Shown here piece by piece: positions 57,865 to 64,000 of a stretch of 64,000 nt of DNA. The stretch is from positions 182,520 to 246,519 of the forward strand of contig JBOEGD010000002.1 of NCBI GenBank assembly GCA_050633245.1, given 5' to 3'. The first letter of the stretch is position 1. Every line of letters begins with the position of its first letter. The notes below the pieces were generated by a model. The model searched no databases, was not told the origin of the DNA, and saw nothing but the letters and a program-made list of their open reading frames with translations. Position numbers and translations under genes: made by a program. The DNA comes from Calditrichia bacterium (lineage in GTDB: Bacteria > Calditrichota > Calditrichia > RBG-13-44-9 > J075).

Positions 57865-58589
57865 TAAACAGTACCCCAGAGTAAAAACGCATGCAGTCCT
57901 ATAGCGAATAACACAATGCCCATTTGTTTCCACTGTGCCAAAACTTTCGGTTTTGTTGCCGGAGCTTCGGCTTGCTTCAGTTCACGCAATTCGGCATCGC
58001 TGCGTGAAAGCAGCTGCTGCAAAAAGGTAAACATACCGTCAGCGAGTACTGATAACCGCTTCGATAAAGATGCGCCACTCATTTTCGCCTTCAGGTCCTG
58101 CACCATTTCCGATCGACCACCTAGAGCCTGTGGTATCAGATGCATAACCAACAACAGTATTCGCCCGGCACGATACAGCATTCTTCCCGACAGACTGCGC
58201 TGCTTCTTTAACTCACCGAGATAATATTGAAATGACTCGGCAGGAGTGCTGTAGATTATCAGCGAGCAAAGCAGGAATATCATCAAAATCTGGGTAATAA
58301 AAACGAGCCCATCCTGCAATCCGGTATCGGTGAGAAAAAGCCCAAAGGGAAGCTCAAATAACACCTTCCCATAGCCGTTAAGGCTCCGCGCAAGAAATAT
58401 CGTCACTAAAAAGAACATCAAAAATCGAGCCTGGCCCGCAAAGCGAAAGACCTTGATTTTCTCGCGCCAAAGAAGAACTGCGAGTATGAAAAGCGTGCTA
58501 ATGTTGTACATAGGGTTTTGATACCATGCTGCAAAGAGCATGACAAGAAAGGCTAAAAGGAATTTATAACGCAGGGAAATCGAATTCAA
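57864..58589 (-). CDS. Membrane protein, EcfT/CbiQ-like
   Basis: Several TM helices, GKVLF...LTDTGL, basic cytoplasmic helices; stop overlaps the truA start; divergent. Confidence 0.6.
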   Translation of the reverse strand: MNSISLRYKFLLAFLVMLFAAWYQNPMYNISTLFILAVLLWREKIKVFRFAGQARFLMFFLVTIFLARSLNGYGKVLFELPFGLFLTDTGLQDGLVFITQILMIFLLCSLIIYSTPAESFQYYLGELKKQRSLSGRMLYRAGRILLLVMHLIPQALGGRSEMVQDLKAKMSGASLSKRLSVLADGMFTFLQQLLSRSDAELRELKQAEAPATKPKVLAQWKQMGIVLFAIGLHAFLLWGTV

Positions 58590-58684
58590 ACGGATTCTCG
58601 GAAATGTTGCATTGAGGAAGAAATATAGTCAAATAATTACGGGATTCAAAATCGGGCAGCGGAAGTGCAGAACTGCGAGTTCTA

Positions 58685-59899
58685 TTATTTAGTTTGAATA
58701 ATGTCGACCTGTTCAACGCGACGCCGGGAACCTTCAGTGACGAGAAATTTTAGCGTATCCAGCGAGAACGTGGCACCGACTTGCGGAATACAATCGAGCT
58801 GGCTGATCAGAAAGCCGGCGAGCGTTTCATATTCACCTTCCGGCAATTCGACGTCGTAGAGTTCACGAAGCTTTTCCAATTCAACACGAGCGTCGAAACG
58901 AAGCGTATGTTCGTTAATCTTGCTAAACCACTTCTGTTCGGCGTCATACTCATCTTCAATTTCGCCAAAAAGCACCTCAACCAAATCTTCCGTGGTTATT
59001 AAACCGGCCGTGCCGCCGTATTCATCAATAACAATCGCCAGACTGTTGTTCTTACTGCGGAATTCGGAGAGTAACACAGAACAGCGCTTTGTCTCAGGCA
59101 CATAGACCACCGGACGCACCACGTCTTCAAATGAGGTAGGTTTTAACAGCAGATCTTTTGCAAAGACAACTCCGACAAAATTATCCACTGTACCGTGAAA
59201 TACCGGGACTTTGGTAAATCCATTGCGCACAAAAACCAACTTTAGTTCTTCAATAGAGATCGTATCGGCAACGGCAACCATTTCAGTTCGTGAAACCATG
59301 GCATCGCGAACGCGCAGTTCGCGCAGGCTAAGGACACCGCTGACAAAGACCTCTTCTTCGGCGTCTATTCCCTTTACTCGTTCGGGGCTTTCATTAATCA
59401 GTATTTCAATATCCTGCTCAGAGAAGAAGCGTTCGAGCGCATCCCTTTGATATCCGAAAAGAGATAGCAGCAACTCGGAGATTTTGCTAATCACGAAGAT
59501 AAGCGGACGAAACAGCTGATAAAAAAAGCGTAGCGGATAGGCAATTTTCTGCACAACCCAATCTGCCATACTTCGAAACACGGTTTTGGGAATGAGCTCA
59601 CCAATAATGAGCGTTAGCGACACAACCAAAACCCAGGTCAACTCTGGTCTGATAAAGCGATTGAAATAAATGGTCGCGTAGGTGGCAAACGCCACATTGA
59701 ATATGTTATTTCCAATAAGAGTTGTATAAAGAAAGCGCTCTGGTTTTTGCAAAAATTCGTATAGCACCCGAGCGAAGTTCTCCCCACTCCGACGCCACAC
59801 TTCTACCCGAACTTTGTTTACAGCAACAAAAGCCGTCTCGGTACCGGCAAAAAAGAATGACATTACCAGCGAGATAATAATGATTAGCGGTTCAAACAT
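58685..59899 (-). CDS. HlyC/CorC (CNNM-CBS-CorC) family transporter
   Basis: FFAGTETA, GELIPK, CBS pair VIDEYGGTAGLITTEDL, YETLAG. Confidence 0.93.
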   Translation of the reverse strand: MFEPLIIIISLVMSFFFAGTETAFVAVNKVRVEVWRRSGENFARVLYEFLQKPERFLYTTLIGNNIFNVAFATYATIYFNRFIRPELTWVLVVSLTLIIGELIPKTVFRSMADWVVQKIAYPLRFFYQLFRPLIFVISKISELLLSLFGYQRDALERFFSEQDIEILINESPERVKGIDAEEEVFVSGVLSLRELRVRDAMVSRTEMVAVADTISIEELKLVFVRNGFTKVPVFHGTVDNFVGVVFAKDLLLKPTSFEDVVRPVVYVPETKRCSVLLSEFRSKNNSLAIVIDEYGGTAGLITTEDLVEVLFGEIEDEYDAEQKWFSKINEHTLRFDARVELEKLRELYDVELPEGEYETLAGFLISQLDCIPQVGATFSLDTLKFLVTEGSRRRVEQVDIIQTK

Positions 59900-59989
59900 A
59901 CGGTTCCATTACGACAAGTTGCATTAGACCGTAAGCTACGGCTTTTAGCAATCATTCTGCAAGAAGATATGTGAATTGGAGAGTCCGAA

Positions 59990-60019
59990 TTGCAGGGGCG
60001 CACGATAGGCGCCCTGCAA
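59990..60019. terminator. GC-rich hairpin after the beta-barrel gene
   Basis: TTGCAGGG(G)CGC ... GCGCCCTGCAA. Confidence 0.5.
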
Positions 60020-60031
60020 GACGTCTGAAAC

Positions 60032-60577
60032 TTACATGCCGAACAGAATGCCGACATTAATGATGAAAAAATCGCTGTCGCCGCTAAAATCGTTAGGGAT
60101 TTCGCTAAAATCGTAGTCCAGAAATACATAGCGAAAGTCTGCAAATACGCGGCTACTTTGTCCAAACGGAAGTTCCAAACCAGCGCCGGCATGCCATCCG
60201 AACTCCTGCTCGGTTTTGTCTTCCGGTGTTGCCGGCGTATTGGCGAGTAGTTCTTCATCATAATCAAATGTGGTGTTATACCAGCCTGCACCTATTAAAC
60301 CATATGCGATTGGCAGCGGATACAGAAGGCCACTAACCATAATCGGCCAGCTTTTTAAGGTAACGATGCCGTCGGCGTACTCTTCCTGACGATAGCTTAT
60401 CGAACCTTCAACGCTGAGAGCACTTGTCAACTGCAGTCTTGCAGCGGCACCGGGCATAAAATTGGCCTCATCGGCGTCATTCGATTTGAAATATCCAACC
60501 TGTGGACCAATGCCAAATCCCTGAGAAAAGACAGGAAAGGTTAATACAGAGATTAGTAGAATTAATAGAATACGCAT
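60032..60577 (-). CDS. Small outer-membrane beta-barrel (porin/OmpA-like TM family)
   Basis: Signal peptide; about 8 amphipathic strands (FGWHAGAGLEL, FADFRYVF, INVGILF). Confidence 0.85.
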   Translation of the reverse strand: MRILLILLISVLTFPVFSQGFGIGPQVGYFKSNDADEANFMPGAAARLQLTSALSVEGSISYRQEEYADGIVTLKSWPIMVSGLLYPLPIAYGLIGAGWYNTTFDYDEELLANTPATPEDKTEQEFGWHAGAGLELPFGQSSRVFADFRYVFLDYDFSEIPNDFSGDSDFFIINVGILFGM

Positions 60578-60835
60578 GGTTCCTCCTGAGTAGAGTTTAG
60601 AACTGTCGAGTACAGCATTCCCCGGAGAACTTGCGGGGGCGGTTCATCAATATATGTAGTAATATTTAGATAATACATATTTCTGCATATTTCTTTACCG
60701 CATTCCCACACGAAATTCCATCCCATCGTTTTATTTCACTTTTACTTAGCACTTTTGCCGGAGTTCCCGGCGTTAGTAAACAGAGGGTTCATTTTTAAAC
60801 AGGAAACCAGTTCTTTCATAAATAAGGAGATTTTT

Positions 60836-62314
60836 ATGAACCGCAGCAAATCTATTCTCATCCTCGCAATATTTTTTAGTCTGTTCTCAATAGCCGATGA
60901 CATTCCACGCATGATCAGCTATCAGGGCGTTTTAACAGATGCCATTGGAAACAATGTCGCAAACGGAAGCTACAATCTGACTTTTCACTTATATGATACC
61001 CCCACAGGCGGCACACCACTTTGGAGCGAAGGTAAACCGGTAACGGTACTAAACGGTGTTTTTGAGACTATGCTGGGCGATGTCGCCGAGCTGGATCTCT
61101 ATTTTGGTGAGCAATATTGGCTTGGAATCGTGGTAAGTGGTGGCACGGAACTGCTACCGCGAATGGCTCTTGCAGCAAGCCCATATAGCATTATTGCCGA
61201 GAGCGTTTCTGACAGCAGTATTGTAACCTCCAACCTAGTCGATGGTGCAGTAACTCAGGAAAAGCTGGCACCGGGACTGTCACTGCCTCCGGGTGGCACC
61301 GCAGGAGGCGATCTTTCCGGCTCGTATCCAAATCCGACGGTAACAGGTTTGAATGGAACTGCGTTGTCAGCTTCTACACCATCCAACGGACAAGTTCTGA
61401 AATTCGATGGAAGTAACTGGGCACCGGCAGCAGATGATGCAGGAACGCCGATATGGTCTACCAATGGCTCTACCGCATTTATTACCAATCGCTACGCTGC
61501 GGTGGGTATCGAAACCAGCACCTCGTGGTTGGGCGTTCGTTCTTCAGCCGGTGTCTATAGTTCTACAGGGGATTTGAAAGTCAGGCTGGAAGCCAGCAAC
61601 GACAATATTGGCCGGGTACTCACCTATGGCACAAACGGCACCAATAATATTCGCCTGAGCTGGCTTTCAGGGCAAGAAGATCATGGCTTTTTGGGACTTT
61701 TCAATGCATCTGACGAGCTCCGTTATTACACATATACACATAGTGAAGATTTTGGAACTATGGCAGCGAAGGGCCCAAATGACAGTTTTAACGCCGTAAT
61801 CGGAACGCTGTTCTCCAATCGTAACCACGGTTTTGTAGGTGTTTACGATGCCGCAAGCGGCGAGCAGGCAGGCATATACGTCAACAGTTCGGGACAGGGG
61901 GTTGTCTATGGCGACATCAAGAACTTCCGCACTCAAAGTCCTACCAATCCCAATGAAGAAATCTGGTATGCCAGTCTTGAAGGCCCGGAAGCCGGTGCCT
62001 ACGTGCGCGGCACAGCGACTCTGCGCGACGGTAGCGCAAGCGTAGCGTTACCCGAGCACTTTCAGTCGATTGCAACGAAAGAAGGCATGACGGTTATGCT
62101 TACACCTCTAGATGCTTCCTCAGAAGGTATGGCTGTAGTCAGCAAAACGGCAGGTGGTTTTGAGGTTCGCGAATTACGCAATGGCAAGGGCAATTACGAG
62201 TTCGATTGGGAAGTAAAAGCGGTGCGTAAAGGCTTTGAAGATTATCAAGTGGTGCGTCCGAAGATGCAGATGATGTCCAAAAGCGACCTTGAAGCCAAGC
62301 CGGGAGACAAATAA
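60836..62314 (+). CDS. Secreted tail-fibre-like protein
   Basis: AAGGAG RBS; signal peptide; ISYQGVLTD...LWSE...SPYS head; GGDLSGSYPNPTV and GQVLKFDGSNWAP shaft motifs; C-terminal KNF...LEGPE...RG domain. Confidence 0.8.
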   Translation: MNRSKSILILAIFFSLFSIADDIPRMISYQGVLTDAIGNNVANGSYNLTFHLYDTPTGGTPLWSEGKPVTVLNGVFETMLGDVAELDLYFGEQYWLGIVVSGGTELLPRMALAASPYSIIAESVSDSSIVTSNLVDGAVTQEKLAPGLSLPPGGTAGGDLSGSYPNPTVTGLNGTALSASTPSNGQVLKFDGSNWAPAADDAGTPIWSTNGSTAFITNRYAAVGIETSTSWLGVRSSAGVYSSTGDLKVRLEASNDNIGRVLTYGTNGTNNIRLSWLSGQEDHGFLGLFNASDELRYYTYTHSEDFGTMAAKGPNDSFNAVIGTLFSNRNHGFVGVYDAASGEQAGIYVNSSGQGVVYGDIKNFRTQSPTNPNEEIWYASLEGPEAGAYVRGTATLRDGSASVALPEHFQSIATKEGMTVMLTPLDASSEGMAVVSKTAGGFEVRELRNGKGNYEFDWEVKAVRKGFEDYQVVRPKMQMMSKSDLEAKPGDK

Positions 62315-62832
62315 TGAAAACAATTTTAGCAGTAATCGTCACGCTGCTGTGTCTGTTGCCCCTGCAGGCGCAGCAGTACGGCGTAAAACATGGTCATATT
62401 GGCAATGCCGCTGGATCGGTCGGCAACAACAGCAATACGATAAAGGCAGCGGTTGGACAATCTGTTCAGGGCATATCACTAAATATTTTGAACAGAGCAT
62501 ATAGCGGATTCTGGCATATTTATCCGCGCACTCTGGTTGGCATTGGTGATTTGCCATTAAACGCAATCCGCGAATTCGAGCTGTTTCAGAACTATCCGAA
62601 TCCGTTTAACCCAACCACCAGGATTCGTTATGCCGTTCCAACGCGTGAGAACGTAAGACTGGAGGTTTACAACATTCTGGGTCAGCGCGTAGCTGTATTG
62701 GTCAATGAACTGCGCAGTCCGGGCATTTATACAGTAGACTTTAATGCGTCAAAGCTGGCAAGTGGCTTGTATATCTATCGCATGCAGGCTGGTAACTTTA
62801 ATTCGATTCAAAAGATGATGTTAACAAAGTAG
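62314..62832 (+). CDS. Small secreted protein with Por/T9SS type-A-like tail
   Basis: Signal peptide ending LQA-Q; about 55-aa VGQ...GFW domain; LFQNYPNPFNPTT tail; TAATG overlap with the upstream gene. Confidence 0.88.
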   Translation: MKTILAVIVTLLCLLPLQAQQYGVKHGHIGNAAGSVGNNSNTIKAAVGQSVQGISLNILNRAYSGFWHIYPRTLVGIGDLPLNAIREFELFQNYPNPFNPTTRIRYAVPTRENVRLEVYNILGQRVAVLVNELRSPGIYTVDFNASKLASGLYIYRMQAGNFNSIQKMMLTK

Positions 62833-62847
62833 TCCCTCCTGCCGTAC

Positions 62848-62886
62848 GGTCTCCATCGTCTGCTTCGCGATGGGGACCACTTTTTT
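62848..62886 (+). terminator. Intrinsic terminator
   Basis: GGTCTCCATCG / CGATGGGGACC stem followed by ACTTTTTT. Confidence 0.7.
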
Positions 62887-63949
62887 ACCAAACTTGATTC
62901 AGCTCTTCCAGAAATTCAATATATCCGACAATTCCCTGCTCAATTTCATCGAGGTAGATAAATTCGTCGGCAGTATGAGAACGCTCCGAACGACCGGGTC
63001 CCATTTTTAGTGATGGAAAGGGAATTAATCCCTGATCCGAACAGGTTGGGGAGCCAAATGGCTGAAGGTTTAAATTTGAAATTGCTCTTTGAGCAGGATG
63101 CCCGGGTGGCAATGCGGATGAATCCAACCGCGTTGAGCGAGGCTTAACGTCGCAACCGACATGCTGTCGAACGACTCCAAGCACATCGGAATTGCTCCAG
63201 ACGTCAGTCGTTCGAATGTCCACGGTGAAACGACAGGCATCCGGAATAACATTGTGCTGCGATCCTGCTTCAATCATGGTAACGCTCATTTTCACCGGAC
63301 CGAGGAACTGTGATTCCCTGGGAAATTGGTAGGAATGAAACCAATGAATATCGGGAATAGCCTTCAGAATAGCATTTTTACCAATGCTCCTGGCGGCATG
63401 TCCGGCAACACCATGGGCGGTACAGTCTAAAACCAGCAGTCCCTTCTCTGCAACGGCGGGGTGCATTTCTGTAGGTTCTCCCACAATCGCTAAATCGACA
63501 GCGCCCAGCTGTGGCAAAATACTCTCTACTCCTCCCCTTCCGGAAACTTCCTCTTCGGCAGTTGCAGAGTAAGCCAATCTAAAGTTTAGTTCACCCTGTT
63601 TACGCAGGCATAAAAATGCAGCCAAAAGTGAGACCAGCGAGCCTCCGGCATCATTACTACCAAGGCCATACAGCTTACCCTCTTCAACCACTGCTTTGAA
63701 TGGATCTTTCGTCCAGCCATTATTTGGCTTTACCGTATCGTGATGCGAATTGAGCAGCACGAGCGGCTTCGCTTCATCGCTACCCAGGATTGTCCAGACA
63801 TTATTGCCGGCTCGATTAAGTTCGACGCCACCTTTACTTAGAAAATCGGCAATCAGGTCTGCGGTTTTGTCTTCTTCCCTGCTAAACGACTGTATAGCAA
63901 TGAGTTCTTTTAGTAGCTTTATGACGTCTTTGCTTATGTCTTTAGTCAT
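62885..63949 (-). CDS. argE: M20-family metallohydrolase, ArgE-like
   Basis: LNSHHDTV, GLGSNDAG, AEEE, GEPT, SHTADE; exact substrate uncertain. Confidence 0.8.
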   Translation of the reverse strand: MTKDISKDVIKLLKELIAIQSFSREEDKTADLIADFLSKGGVELNRAGNNVWTILGSDEAKPLVLLNSHHDTVKPNNGWTKDPFKAVVEEGKLYGLGSNDAGGSLVSLLAAFLCLRKQGELNFRLAYSATAEEEVSGRGGVESILPQLGAVDLAIVGEPTEMHPAVAEKGLLVLDCTAHGVAGHAARSIGKNAILKAIPDIHWFHSYQFPRESQFLGPVKMSVTMIEAGSQHNVIPDACRFTVDIRTTDVWSNSDVLGVVRQHVGCDVKPRSTRLDSSALPPGHPAQRAISNLNLQPFGSPTCSDQGLIPFPSLKMGPGRSERSHTADEFIYLDEIEQGIVGYIEFLEELNQVW

Positions 63950-63978
63950 AGTTGGTTTCTGTAGTCAGAAGGTGAATT

Positions 63979-64000
63979 GCAATTAGGCAATTAGGCAATT
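63979..64000. repeat. Octamer tandem repeat GCAATTAG, truncated by the window end
   Basis: 2.75 units read directly. Confidence 0.7.

Overview
A 64-kb bacterial chromosome segment with no rRNA, CRISPR array, integrase or transposase that I can see. Several proteins carry NYPNPFNP (Por/T9SS type-A-like) C-terminal tails. Together with the housekeeping gene order, this suggests an FCB-related lineage, most plausibly Calditrichota (inference). Housekeeping blocks are mutS2-cvpA-yqeY-rpsU-TPR-efp, valS, rarA, tRNA-Ala/tRNA-Cys, tal-purB-purC-like-psd-pssA-purS-purQ-DUF4321-tatA-gatA-gatB, truA, a CorC/HlyC protein and an ArgE-like M20 enzyme. Accessory content: (i) a lipoprotein cholesterol-dependent-cytolysin-like toxin fused to a 7-blade FG-GAP/lectin-like propeller and bracketed by REP-like palindromes; (ii) a co-oriented run of TagH-like FHA, Hanks kinase-PEGA, two TPR/CsgG-like proteins and a beta-barrel, with no T6SS or curli structural genes; (iii) several secreted beta-propeller cargo proteins; (iv) a kynurenine/2-aminomuconate tryptophan-catabolism cluster containing an atypical SDR and split by an AT-rich two-component block; (v) several catalytically incomplete signalling proteins; (vi) a PurC homologue that has lost most catalytic residues; (vii) a translationally coupled pair of a tail-fibre-like protein and a small secretion-tail protein. 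All calls come from motif recognition by eye; no database search was run.
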